In this document: positions 26,285 to 39,927 of the stretch, piece by piece
Layout: every line of letters begins with the position of its first letter
Numbering within the stretch: position 1 is the stretch's first letter
Source: Octopus vulgaris
Lineage: Eukaryota
Assembly: GCA_951406725.2 (NCBI GenBank)
Contig: OX597814.1
Span: 198,896,001 to 198,960,000 of the forward strand
Direction: 5' to 3'
Length of the DNA stretch: 64,000 nt
Position numbers and translations under genes: made by a program
The notes under the pieces: generated by a model
What the model was told of the DNA's origin: nothing
Databases searched by the model: none
What the model saw: only the letters and a program-made list of their open reading frames with translations

Positions 26285-27371
26285 GGTATTTAATTTGCCG
26301 GTGGTGGGGGATACCGCCCACTTTGGGAACCACTAGACGCTAGTAGGTCAATACCTGTTGACGTGAATCCACTCCTACCAGCTAAGAAGACATTACAGCA
26401 GTCCAATATATAATGGCATCTAACCAAATATTTTCCGAATTTACTACAAACTTACAGGTTTTAAACAAATAACTTTGATCAACGAAAGATTGTGTGAAAC
26501 GTATCTGTTGCCTGAAAGCTTTCATTTATCAATTCGCCTAACATGGCAACTACCAGGCACCTTGCATCTGATAAATTGTGCAATAAAATTGGTAAGTTTA
26601 CTGATTGAAGAATCTAATCAATATTTCGACAAATTTTGCCAAATTGTGAGGTATTGTTTTTCGCGAGATATAAAAGTGTTGATGTTTATCGGAATAAAGT
26701 ATGTTTTGAATCATGGGAATGTACAGATAATATTTCTTTAGCATACGGCTACAATAAGCTCAATATCTCAATATGATATCGATATACTATATTTATTTGA
26801 AAGCTTATCAATTTCATATTCTTTTCCAGATTTTTTCCGTTTACTGAAAGATATTCTTCATCTATCTTCGGAGTAAAATTGCAGATATTTTACGACTTAG
26901 TTTGATTGTGAGTATAGTATTTAATCATAATTACAAATTACCCATGTTGTTCTTCTGTGAATTATTAGTTATGAGGCAGTTGAAATGATAGAATGTATTA
27001 CAATGTTTATTTGTGTCTTTCCGGGTTTCGTGTGCAAATATAATTAGATTCGACTATTATCACTCTGGTAGTGATAAATGATCCGCCCAAGTTTGTTCGG
27101 TTTTATATAAGATCGACTCGGTTATAATGTGTTGGATTTGGCCAAAAACAGAAACATCAAACTGAAATTGGGATTTAATGTGAAATGTTATTCCTGCTAC
27201 TGCGGAATATTACAGATGCTCGGACATTTATAAGTTTACTCGTTATTTTATTTTCCTTTGTTGGTTAGATGATTTGAGAAAAAGCACAAACAATGTGCAA
27301 GATTGCATAAAAGTATGTGAAGATGTGAAAAGGACATGAAACAATATTAATAATATTATTAATAATAATAA

Positions 27372-27926
27372 CACTCTTATGAAGTACCGGGCAGTGGCTC
27401 TCATGCCTTAGCATCTTAGCTGATTGGAAGTGTTATGTACATGTTTTGTAATAGTACAAAAGATGGACTACAGCAAAAAATTCTGCTCGATATCTCAGAT
27501 TTGCTTGTCAGTTGTTTGACCTTCACCGGTTGAGCATGTCCTTTGGTGGCTGACGATATGTGCATCTCTGATAACGGGTAGAAGTAGTGGGGGAGCATCA
27601 TAACCATGTGTTGAGAGGAATTCTTTGGGGGTTTGAATAATCTATCTCTGGAAACATGAATGTTTTGTTCAGCATCCTTAAATAACCATTATTCAGGGAC
27701 CTTTTGAAGGGGAAGGGCTACTCGGCCTTTAGAAAATTTTAACTGGGCCCCACCTGCAAGGTCATATGCTGTTTATTTTGATATAAGTCACCATGCCGCG
27801 CACATATGGTTGTGATGCATGTACCTCGTGTAACCTTATCAGACGGGTAGTCATGATGGGTATATACTGGGCTTCGTATATATGTACCCCAGTGTTACTT
27901 TGATGACATACTGCCTTCTCAATCAG
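27372..27926 (+). mobile_element. Probable R4/Dong-like LINE 3' UTR segment between (TAA)n tracts
   Basis: Last ~155 bp match 19875-20030, which follows R4-like coding sequence. TAA repeats on both sides. Confidence 0.6.
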
Positions 27927-27957
27927 TAATAATAATAATAATAATATAATGATAATG

Positions 27958-28865
27958 ATTTCATTTATTTGCCGCCAGATCGAAGGATGAGGAGGACAAT
28001 ACAAAGACAGACATGGTGTACGGGAGTTTACATATAATCAAAGGATAAAATAATTATTTAAGAAATGTAAATATGTACGGTATACGATGAAAAGGAAGGG
28101 ACATATACATATTATACAGAGGTTAAAAAAGGTGCGGGAGAGGGTGATGGAGATGTTGCACTCCTGATACAGGTTGACCTCTAGGGATAATCAAGTAACC
28201 CCACTGTCCAAAATTTTCTTGAACACCAGGAGCAAGTGCCCTCACCAATTCCTTCTCTTCGACCCACAGGTCTACACTTAGAGATGTTGCTATTATCGCA
28301 ACTTTCACTCACCTTTCAATAAACTCACTCAAATACGGCACTTCCCTCTCCACTCTCAATTTCCTTTTCAAGTGAAAAGTCAATAAGAGCTCTGCTAAAC
28401 AGGAATTAGTCCAGCGTCTGACTACACCGTTTAATGGCACTGAACTGTATCACTACGGGCTCAGCTGAAAACCCACCGATTTGTCGGCGTTCATTTTAGC
28501 TCCTGCCAGCGACTCCTCTTCCGATAGGTGACTGTTTACCTTGTCCCTTGAACAGGAGCCGCTGTGCATTGCAGCGATCCATCAGCTTAAAACAGGTCCG
28601 AAATCGGCTGCTAGTAGGACGGCTTTGAAGTATTGATGGTTGACCCTATCGAATGCTTTCGATTGATCAAAATTGACAGCGCATCACCGAAGCCATCGTT
28701 GGTCTCAGCCCTCTTTATGATGTATCGCATAAGGTAGAGGTTGTTGTGGATAGACCTGCTCGGGATTCTGCACGTTGGCGCTTCGCCGACCAGGCTACCG
28801 AGGACAAGGGTCAACCTTTTTGATAACACCATGGCCAAAAGTTTGGCTAATTAAATTACGAATTT
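27958..28865 (-). mobile_element. Internally deleted Tx1/L1-like LINE
   Basis: LAMVLSKRLTLVLGSLVGEAPTCRIPSRSIHNNLYLMR, DQSKAFDRVNH, AGAKMNADKSVG, then the ORF2 end and 3' UTR shared with 20803-21216. Confidence 0.8.
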
Positions 28866-28871
28866 AATTAG

Positions 28872-29091
28872 CAGGAACTGCAAGAGAAGACATACTAACC
28901 TGAGCATGGCATGGGTTGACTATCACAAAGCATACAATATGATACCACATTCCTGGATAATAAGAACCATGGAAATGTATGGATAGCAGAGAATATGAGA
29001 AGCCTCATATGGATTAGTATGAAATGCCGGAGAACGGAATTGGCAGCAGGGAAGCAAGTACCAGGAGATGTAAAAATCAAGAAAGGAATCA
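28872..29091 (+). mobile_element. R4/Dong-like LINE RT fragment
   Basis: RNCKRRHTNLSMAWVDYHKAYNMIPHSWI...VKIKKGI. Confidence 0.8.
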
Positions 29092-29543
29092 TATGACATC
29101 AGGACAGTATTCAAAAGTAATACAACTCTTCGCAAATATCTCCTTCAATTAAAACCACCAATAAAAGAGAATATGACTAAGAACTGCGTGTACTCCATCC
29201 CATGCAGCTGTGGTAGGTTATACAATGGCGAAACATGCCACCCACTCAAAATAAGGGCAGACGAACATCGCAAAGCTGTGACACGAGGAGATGTTGATAA
29301 ATCGGGTATAGCTGATCGTGTATGGAAAAATGGAGACCACCTTCCCTTGTAGGATGAAGTTAAAATAATAGACAGAGAACACCACTGGAAAATACGGAAA
29401 CTAAATGAAGCAGCACATATGGTAGGACACAACCGCCTAAGCAGACCGAGTGCAGATATGAACAGCATATGGGAACCGGTATTAAGGAAGGATAGAAAAA
29501 TATTAGATTTAAATGCCCTAAAATTTACTCCATTATTGCCCAC

Positions 29544-29613
29544 GGGCATATGGCGTAGTGGTTAAGAGCGGTCACTAATCCCAAGATTCTGAGTTCGTTT
29601 CCGGGCAGTGACT
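29544..29613 (+). promoter_or_regulatory. tRNA-derived Pol III promoter-like block inside the Penelope 3' region
   Basis: A box tggcgtagtgg (29551-29561) and B-box-like gagttcgtttcc (29591-29602). Confidence 0.65.
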
Positions 29614-29681
29614 TGAATAATAATGATAATAACATCGAAAAATACCTTAGGAATGAGAACCCAGGTTCGAAATTTCTCCAA

Positions 29682-29720
29682 GACACCTGATGAAGGGTAT
29701 ATCAGCTGAAACGTTGTGTT
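29682..29720 (+). ncRNA. Minimal type I hammerhead motif, stem II damaged
   Basis: gacac-CTGATGA-agggtatatcagct-GAAA-cg-TT-gtgtt. Confidence 0.6.
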
Positions 29721-30285
29721 AACAACAAACAATATCCGTCAATTGTAAATAATGTAAATAATTCCTCATCTCTTAAATACAGAACTGTATGAGACTAAAA
29801 AGCTGAATATATGAATGACAGAAGGAAATTATATAAATGTTAGCAGAAAATCTATAGTTTAATTCATTTACTATTGCAGAACAGACCAAAACCATTGAAT
29901 AAGAAAAATCTCTTCAAAATGTCATCAGAACTCACTCGGAAAAAAGTCTGGAAATATTTCTAATCTATCTTCATTAATAAATTACTGGTGCGTTACAAGT
30001 ACAGAATATAGAATATTTTTATATCAGAGTATATTATTTGTATATATAGATTTGGAGTTAACATTTCAAAGGCAGATGTGGCATTTTGTATCTATATACG
30101 CTGTCGTAATGAACAGAAAAAGAGAAGACAGCCGGACTAGTTTCAATCCTGTGATGGGATCTCACCAATAATTTAATACCTGTCTACAGAAATACAGGTC
30201 AGAGTTTTATCAATCTAATTAACTGCCAAGAATGCATAAGAAACTTCAAAAAATGTTTGTTGATTTTCATTAAGGTCTTAATAGT

Positions 30286-30592
30286 TTGTTTGTTCCTTCT
30301 CGAGCCATGTCTGACTCATCAGGGCCGGTTTCCCGGTTTCCTTGGCGTATAGGTTCCCTACCTGGTGGACGGGGCGCCGGTCCGTCGCAGGTGAGCTGCA
30401 AGATGCAGGAGGAAAGAGTGAGAGAAAGTTGTGGCGAAAGAGTCAGCAGAAGTTCGCCATTACCTTCTGCCGGAGCCGCGTGGAGCTTAGGTGTTTCGCT
30501 CATAAACGCACACATCGCCCGATCTGAGATTTGAACCCACGATCCCTCGACCGCGAATCCGCTGCTCTAAGTACTACGTCATGTGCCTCCAC
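30286..30592 (-). mobile_element. SINE C with tail 3 (tRNA-Arg-like head)
   Basis: 14-bp TSD aaggtcttaatagt at 30272-30285 and 30593-30606. (aaac)n tail. Confidence 0.9.
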
Positions 30593-30732
30593 AAGGTCTT
30601 AATAGTAAAGGTAGTAGTAATCATTATCTCCAAAGAAAATTCAAGCAGATATTCAGTCTTTGATTAAACTCTAACACAAGGTTGATCGAAACTACTCCGG
30701 CTGATACCTATGTCTCGGTTCAAGATAATATA

Positions 30733-31125
30733 TATTTCTTTGCTGCCCACAAGGGGCTAAATTCAGAGAGGACAAACAAGGACAGACAAAGGGATTAAGT
30801 CGATTACATCGACCCCAGTGCGAAAGTGGTACTTTATTTATCGACCCCGAAAGGATGAAAGGCAAAGTCGACCCCGGCGGAATTTGAACTCAGAACGACA
30901 GATTAAATACCTATTTCTTTATTACCCAGAAGGGGACAAACAAGGACAGACATAAGTATTAAGTCGATTACATCGACCCCAGTGCGTAACTGGTACTTAA
31001 TTTATCGACCCCGAAAGGATGAAAGGCAAAGTCTACCTCGGCGGAATTTGAACTCACAACGTAACGCAGACGAAATACCGCTAAGCATTTCGCCTGGCGC
31101 GCTAACGTTTCTGCCAGCTTTCCGC
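30733..31125 (-). mobile_element. SINE B dimer
   Basis: Two tandem units joined at aaatac|ctatttc. Probable TSD agataatat. Confidence 0.88.
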
Positions 31126-31590
31126 AGATAATATCTGTGCTTAAACTCTTACCTGAAACTCAACATTAGATATTCTAAGTATAATGCAGCATAGAAGCTA
31201 TATTCATTGTATGATCTCTAGAACACATACTAAGTCATTATTTTCGGAGAGAAAAGGCCATATTTTCCTTGAATGGTAGTTTTCGATACTTCATATAGAT
31301 AAACCTAATTTCAAATAAATAATTCTGTTTTACAGAAGTATTTAATTAAATTAATATTCTTTCAGATGTCATAGCTGCGTGATAATTCTTCTATTCGCCT
31401 GTATTATGTGGGGATCAGTAGTTTTTATGAATTACTCCGATTATCACGACACCATTTTCATCACAACTCGGCATTAAAGAATTATTTTTCGTACACCAAA
31501 CACTCGAACTTTTGCTTTTCTTAAATGCATTAAAGGATGTAGAAATACTAGTCAAATATATCAATTCATGTTTGTCTTTGTATCAATAGC

Positions 31591-31628
<38 letters not shown>

Positions 31629-31789
31629 GGAAAATGTCTTTTAAGGAGGAATTTATGATTACATCTAAATAACTGTTTTAACCAACTCTATACAGAAAAT
31701 CTTTTTCCAAATAATTTTTAGAATTAAAGAAAAAATCTATATTAGAAATTATATATTTGTTAGCAACAACCAATTATACTTCGTTGAAT

Positions 31790-32000
31790 TAAGGCGATAC
31801 AATCATTAGCACACCGGCACACTGTTTAACGATATTTCATTAATCTTTACGTTCTAAGTCCAAAACCCACCGAGTTCGATTTTGCTTTTCAACCTTTCGG
31901 GGTAAATAAAATTTGTACCAGTTGAACACTGGGGATCGATATGATTGACTAATCCACTCTTCCGAAGTTGCTGGCCCTGTATCATAATTTGAAACTAATA
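31790..32000 (+). mobile_element. Old SINE B-related copy with alternative tail
   Basis: Similar to 39722-39927. Confidence 0.6.
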
Positions 32001-33020
32001 TTTCTTGGAATTTATTTGCTTCTTGTCAGGCATTCTGTGTTTGTGTATTTGTGTTTGGGGATGTTATTCCCGAAGGAAGAATCGAAAGCAGATTACTAAA
32101 TCAATAGGAATTAGCGTGTGTGGTGTATTTTCATTTAAAAGATCCATGTACTACGGAGAAGGAAAGCTGTTTTTCAAAGAAAGATGCATTGACTAAACAT
32201 TATGTGTAATGGAATGGAAAACGTGCAAGAATGTTTAATTTGACGAAATCAAGTTCAGGAAAATATAATTCAAAGAAAGACAATTCAACCCCTCCTTATC
32301 GTTTGTTAGAAGCTCGTGATACTTGGTTTGATAATGAAGTAGATGTTACTCTTAGATAGAATTTCTTTGTTTTAATGTCTAAATTCTGTTTACCTTAGCA
32401 ACATAAATGTTCGACATGATGTTGGAACGTAAAAGAATCTTGAAAATATCAGTATCCACTTGGGTATAAAGAAAAAGTTCAATTAAAAATCATTAAAGCC
32501 AATTCGCAATTCATTTGGAAATATTTAGCGTCTCAAAAACATTCAGTTTTTGTGTAAATAAACTTTTAGAAATTGTGGCCATTATACTGTGGAATATGCG
32601 TGAGAAAGAAAAAGTGAAAATATTTGAGTTGTCTTTTCATTTCGGCAATCTCAAATATTACAATTGTCGAATATATTGTAAATCTTTATTAATGACAGTT
32701 GATTATCATGAAAATGAGGTGAAATATAAAATATATTATTAGTGCCATGTCACAGAGAAATAACTATAAATTACTAATAACTAATAAACAGAAAATGTTG
32801 ATTTTATATAACCTGCGAAAATTGCTTCTCTTAATGGAAACTAGAATAATTAACGTTGTTGATTTTTCGAGTCACGCAATGCGTTCATATTTTTGAATAG
32901 GTTTGTATATAACGCTTAATCGTAGAAATTGCGAAATTTTTTAGAAATATTTCCACTTGCTGAAAGATTTACCAAATAGAAGACATTTTATATATATATA
33001 AACATATCTATATAAAACTT

Positions 33021-33066
<46 letters not shown>

Positions 33067-33257
33067 TATTCGACAGAGAACGTACAAAGTATCGTAAATT
33101 TTTATACTCATTAAAATATTACAGCATAAACAGGGTGGCTTATTAGTAATTAGAACCAAAATCCAAAATTCATAGGCGTCACAAAACTGACACAGGGTAC
33201 TGAGTAGCACCGCTTTTGCTAAAGATAAGAGTTAAACCAACACAAAGCCACAAACGC

Positions 33258-33728
33258 AGTAGTAGCTACGTGGTAAGAAGCCTACTTCCTAATCACAAGG
33301 CTCCGGGTTCAGTCCCACTGCGTGGCACGTCATCTATCTATATCTATCTATCTATGTCTATCTATCTATTCTTTTCTTTTACTTGTTTCAGTCATTTGAC
33401 TGCGGCCATGCTGGAACACCACTCTTAGTCGAACAAATCGACATATACATATATATGTGTTTGTGTGTATTTGTGTGCGTTACTGCGTGGTAAGAAGATG
33501 GCTTGGCACAACATGGTTCCGGATTATATAATATATATATAATATAATATATATGTGTGTGTGTGTGTGTTTGTCCTCCCACCATTGCTTGCCAACCGAT
33601 TTTGGAGTGTTTACGTCCTCGTAACTTAACGGTTACGAAAGGATATGTACTAGGCTTAGAAAGAATAAGTCCTGAGGTTGATTTGTTCGAATAAATGGCC
33701 ACAGTCAATTGACTGAAAGAATAAAAGA
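33258..33728. mobile_element. Rearranged SINE A fragments in both orientations
   Basis: Plus head, minus tail, plus head fragment and plus body, separated by microsatellites. Confidence 0.7.
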
Positions 33729-33894
33729 ATACGTACACGTACCTCCTAGCAAAGTGGAAACGTTTGTGGATTCATGGTTTGTGGAGACTACTTGCTTTGA
33801 TATTGTTTTTTTTTCTCCATACGTAATCTTACTAAACACGGATAACGCTTAGATAATGGTATCTAGTTTTGGGAGGCTTTGTGTTATACATATA

Positions 33895-34127
33895 CAGAGT
33901 AGCCCAAAAGTAGGTTTACAGTTATTCAACTATCTCTTTCGCATTCGTTATTAACAGTTTAGATCTTAATTATGTAAAAATATGAAACCGTTATCCTTTG
34001 CTAATATAGTTAATTTTGTCAAGTTTCCTTTTTAGTTTGTAAGACAGAAATTTAAATGTAATAAAATGTTTTGAAAGAAATTTAAAAGCTTACGTGATAA
34101 ATGTGAACCTACTTCTGGGTCACCCTG
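33895..34127. mobile_element. Tc1/mariner-type MITE (233 bp)
   Basis: TIRs cagagtagcccaaaagtaggtttaca / cagggtgacccagaagtaggttcaca. TA on both flanks. Confidence 0.8.
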
Positions 34128-34488
34128 TATATACATAAATACGTACATGTTTGTATATTTGTATTTGCGTGCAATCTTGAATATCCGTGAACAAACATTG
34201 ACTACCATAAGAACCGGCATGAGCTGTTTAAACTTAGATTAAATCTATTACGACCCAGTGATGTTTATTTTCCCTTTAAGCAGTATCAATGAATGGCGAA
34301 TATAACTTTATCTTATTTTGCAATAATTTTCAATGCATAATTAATATTATTATATTTGACATCCTTATTGTTGGGCCAGGTTCATTGGGAGATTATAAAA
34401 GTCAGGATGGTATCAAACGTCATTTGTCGTAATAAAACTATCATTAGGAAATCTGTAAATGTACATGCTTATATTAGTAACTGGTATA

Positions 34489-34935
34489 CAAGGGATGTTC
34501 ATTAAAGATTTCCTCTGACCTACTTCCGCCTAGTGCAGGAAACGGAAGTTGTGCAGGAATAATCATACATGTCTCTACATGACATATTGTCAATTTCAGC
34601 TTTCCACTAGTATTCGTATGTCTTTTATGGCTGTTGAAGAGGACTAAGGTGTTATAATGGAGGCAGGTTCTTAAACTTGAAAGGTCGTACACCAAAAGAG
34701 AGTTTCGATGAGATAAAAGAAGTTTATGGTGATCTTGCATTATCATACGATGTAGTCAGGCAATGGCATCGCCAGAGCATTTGTTGTCGGGCATCAGTGG
34801 AAACCGCTCCTATTCCTGGACGACGACGTTCCGTCATTGATGACGACACCATCCATAAAGTAGAAGCCGCCATTTTGGCGGATCGCCGCATAACTATTCA
34901 ACAACTAGCCCAAGAATTGAATATAAGTGTGAAGT
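34489..34935 (+). mobile_element. Mariner 5' fragment (transposase HTH region)
   Basis: KEVYGDLALSYDVVRQWHRQ...PGR...ILADRRITIQQLAQELNIS. ta|caaggg terminus. Confidence 0.8.
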
Positions 34936-35398
34936 AGCGAAAGTTCCCAATAAAGATAAAAATGAAAGATTCCCACGAGAGCTTTGAATATTTCGAGAAT
35001 CGGTACGATATCTGTTCTGAATATGTATACCTTAACCAATTGCCGGTACTGTAAATTATATGTGATACACATGAGATATTTCTCTGGCGTCTGTGCATCA
35101 TATATGCTAACGACACACAAAATTTTTAACCGCCAGAGTAAACTGGGGTTTATGAAAGGAAGACTATGTTACTCAGAACATATGAAACGCGGGCTAAATC
35201 TGAAAACAGGGCAGGAAGGTTTAGAAAAAAGACAAAGTATGAAACTGATTTCGACAGGTAAAGAGAGAAGGAACATCGTTACTTTAAGATCATATTTTTG
35301 GAATAGCCTTGTATAAAATTCTTAATCTTACAAATTACAATTTTTTCCAGAAATATTTCCATCTGCCGAAAGATTTATGAAGTAGAAAGCATCTCATC

Positions 35399-35459
<61 letters not shown>

Positions 35460-35858
35460 CCATCTTTTTACATAAAATTTGTGTGAGATGTGTGTGTGTG
35501 TACATGTACAATAGTATGTACGTATATGCATGAGCATGTTTGTGCATTTGTGTGTGTATATATTTCTGTTTGTGTATGTGTGTGTAAGTGACTGTACTCG
35601 TAGACATTGTGTTCATATTGTGGAACATATATTCCAATGCGCAGAGACTTTAAAACGAGTTGAGTGGATTCGTTTCTAAAACGAGTAACACGGGGGTAGG
35701 TATTTTGAGGATGATAAGTACATTCAGAAAATATGTCATCCTGACATATCAAGGATGACAAACTTCTGATAAAAATTCAACATAATGTAATTGATTCAAA
35801 AAAAATAATGTAAAGAGTGTAGTGATCATTTTTGAAATTTCATAAACTCAGAGATGAT

Positions 35859-36254
35859 AGGCGCAGGAGTGGCTGTGTGGTAAGTAGCTTGCTAACCAGC
35901 CACATGGTTCCGGGTTCAGTCCCACTGCGTGGCATCTTGGGCAAGTGTCTTCTACTATAGCCCCGGGCCGACCAATGCCTTGTGAGTGGATTTGGTAGAC
36001 GGAAACTGAAAGAAGCCTGTCGTATATATGTATATATATGTGTGTGTGTGTGTTTGTGTTTGTCCCCCTAGCATTGCTTGACAACCGATGCTGGTGTATT
36101 TACGTCCCCGTCACTTAGCGGTTCGGCAAAAGAGACCGATAGAATAAGTACTGGGCTTACAAAGAATAAGTCCCGGGGTCGATTTGCTCGACTAAAGGCG
36201 GTGCTCCAGCATGGCCGCAGTCAAATGACTGAAACAAGTAAAAGAGTAAAAGAG
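35859..36254 (+). mobile_element. SINE A, full length
   Basis: Close to the family consensus. Confidence 0.92.
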
Positions 36255-36789
36255 AGAGAGAGAGATATGCCTTTAAGTTTGTAAATGAAGAGAATAAATG
36301 TTTCGTGTGTGAGTGTGCTTTTTTCACCCCCTTTCTATGATATATTTTGACTGATTTGTTTATCAGTAAACCCGTGGATTTTGATTCTCGCTTCTGAAAA
36401 TAGAATTCTTTTACTAAAAACATCATTTAAATCTACTACATCTCAATATTAATTAATGTCAGATAATTGCAGTCATATACTTCCCGTTTAGCATTTATGT
36501 TTTTCATATTATATCAATTATTTAGCAATAAATCTCTTTTGTGAGGTAGCTGCACTTAATTTATCGGAATATAATAGCCATATTAAACGGCAGCTAAAAC
36601 CGCTTTTAACTTTTCTTATCCAAAAAACTTCAATGCATTGCTTTTGCTTTAGCAAATTTCATCTCTGTTTAAAGTAGTTAGAGTTCATGTGAATTTTGCA
36701 TTTTAATCACAAATATAGTGATTGTATCCAGTATCGATTCTCAATTGCTATAATTCAAATTTTTCTCCCGCCAGCGTTCTGTAAAAAAT

Positions 36790-37169
<380 letters not shown>

Positions 37170-37186
37170 ATATATATATGTTTACT

Positions 37187-37374
37187 CTCTTACTCTTACT
37201 TGTTTCAGTCATTTGACTGCGGCCATGCTGGAGCACCGCCTTTAGTCGGGAAAATCGACCCCAGGACTTATTCTTTGTAAGCCTAGTAATTATTCTGTCG
37301 GTCTCTTTTGTCGAACCGCTAAATTACGGGGACGTAAGCATACCAGCATCGGTTTTCAAGCGATGTTGGGGGGA

Positions 37375-37455
<81 letters not shown>

Positions 37456-37610
37456 GACGGGCTTCTTTCAGTTTCCGTCTACCGAATCCCCTCACAAGGC
37501 TTTGGTAGGCTCGAGGCTATAGTAGAAGTAACTTGCCTAAGGTGCCACGCGGTGGAACTGAACCTGGAAGCATGTGGTTGGTAAGCAAGCTACTTACCAC
37601 ACAGCCACTC

Positions 37611-37613
<3 letters not shown>
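37187..37613 (-). mobile_element. SINE A, near full length
   Basis: Reverse complement of the 35859 copy. Confidence 0.9.
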
Positions 37614-37654
<41 letters not shown>

Positions 37655-37751
37655 ATACATCTCTGAGCGAGATATAGGCAGTAGCAGCACAACATCGTGA
37701 AAAATGACGTAAAATTTTATATGTGTGTATATGTGTGTGTATATATATATG

Positions 37752-37802
<51 letters not shown>

Positions 37803-38485
37803 ATTATTACCCTTACGAAAATTAATATTCCTATGACGTACAATCACACAATGCCAATGTGTGTTATAATATATGCAACAAAACTATCATAAATCAAGAA
37901 AATATCAACCTTTAATTTAGTTAAAAAACTACGAGGATTAGAATTTCAATGAAAGATAACTTAGAACCATAAAACACATGATATGAAATGTTCACAGTCC
38001 AAAAACACTTCAAACATATACGTCATGGGTTCGACAGCCGAGAAGAACTTTTAATCCGGCGGAATCAACAATATGCAATTTCTAACGTAATCACTGAGTT
38101 CTTATTTTAGCTATATTCTATAAGAAATCAATATCTTTGAATAAAAATAGAGCATTTCTACAAAGAAATTTGCTTTCAGTCTAGGTTCATATAGTCACCC
38201 AGGAGTTTTGGTTTTGTGTGTCAGAGGTCAGTAAAAATGTTTCAGTAATGTTTGGGGCATTATTATCAGCTATACACTTCTTCTTAAACTATGATCTTTG
38301 TTATTTAATCTGTAATAAATATTAACTTTATCGCCATAAGTCAAGATATAGTCCTACAACAAATCTTGACAGCGATATCATTCCAATATTTGATATCTTC
38401 CGTATCACTTCCATTTTGATTTATAACTTTAATTCCTCGGGTATAATCTCTAACTTCCTATTTCGTCATTTCTTAAGATAATGCC

Positions 38486-38899
38486 TATTTCTTTACTACC
38501 CACAAGGGGCTAAACACAGAGAGGACAAACAAGGACAGACAAACGGATTAAGTCGATTACATCTACCTCAGTGCGTAACTGGTATTTAATTTATCGACCC
38601 GAAAGGATGAAATGCAAAGTCAACCTCGGCGGAATTTGAACTCAGAACGTAACGGCAGACAAAATACCCATTTCTTTATTACCCACAAGGGGCTAAACAT
38701 AGAAGGGACAAACAAGGACAGACATAGGTATTAAGTCGATTACATCGACCCCAGTGCGTAACTGGTATTTAATTTATCGACCCCGAAACGATGAAAGGTA
38801 AAGTCGACCTCGGCGGAATTTGAACTCACAACGTAACGGCAGACAAAATACCGCTAAGCATTTCGCCCGGTGTGCTGACGTTTCTGCCAGCTGGCCACC
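38486..38899 (-). mobile_element. SINE B dimer
   Basis: Two tandem units. 18-bp TSD atttcttaagataatgcc at 38468-38485 and 38932-38949. Confidence 0.9.
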
Positions 38900-39721
38900 T
38901 TATTTCTTAAGATATCTAATTTCTTAATCTTATTTCTTAAGATAATGCCCATTGTCTCTCCCAACAGCGTATGAACGCGATATGTATTTACTTTTACAAG
39001 GAGGTTACAAGTGATTTGGTCTAAATGCTGATTCAGTTCTTTGGTATTCATATATTTCTGACTTCTCTCTTCTCCTTTTTGTGTTTCTCTACTGAAGAGC
39101 ATGTGGGTTTCCTTTTTCTTTTCTTTTTATTCTATTTCTCGTTATTGTATTGATTTCCCACCTAAACATAAGCTACGCAATTATTGGCGTTACATTTGCT
39201 GATTTTTGGTACCTTATTCTATCGATCTGCAAGATAAACAAAATGGATCGTGGCAAGGTTCGAACTCCTAAGTACGATATGACAATTATCGACTCGGCCA
39301 ATCGACCCGCTCCTTTATAATTACAGTATATTATTTTTCTCACATAATCGCGTTACAAACCTATAAGGAGAAGTGTTATTGATCATATTAATTCTAGTAC
39401 TTGATTGATATTTTATTTTTATCGATCCTGAGAGGATGTAAGGCCAAGTCGACCTTGGTATATTTGAAAACATTAATACAATGCTTCATATATACGATAC
39501 TGCATTAGCAATAACGATTTATTAGATAACTACGAGGCCATGAATTTTTAGGGGAGTGTATTCAAAGAAAAGGACACTAATACGCAATCGGTTCTTATTT
39601 TATTGACCCCGGTAGCTGAGGCCACATTATCTCAACCATACATAAATATAACAAATCGTTTTCTTTCCACTCTGCAGCAGATACTACAATTCACTGCGGT
39701 AGTAATATTCCTTTGGCTTTA

Positions 39722-39927
39722 AAGCGGCAGGCTCGATAGCATGGCAGGAAAACGCTTGGCAGCATTTTACCCATCTTCCGGATCTGAGTTCAAATTCCAC
39801 CGAGGTCGACTTTGCCTTTCTTCTTTTCGGGGTCAATAACGCAAATACAGTTGAACACTGGGATCGATATAGTCGACTTACCCATTCTCCCAAACTTGCT
39901 GCCCTTGCGCCAAAATTTGGAAGTAAT
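39722..39927 (+). mobile_element. Old SINE B-related copy with alternative tail
   Basis: gagttcaaattccaccgaggtcgactttgcctttc..., tail cttgctgcccttgcgccaaaattt. Confidence 0.7.

Larger units (their letters stand above)
29092..29790 (+). mobile_element. Penelope-like element 3' portion: GIY-YIG endonuclease plus pseudo-LTR
   Basis: NCVYSIPCSCGRLYNGET..LKIRADEH...SGIADRVW...KIRKLNEA (one stop). Followed by a tRNA-like block and a hammerhead motif. Confidence 0.88.
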
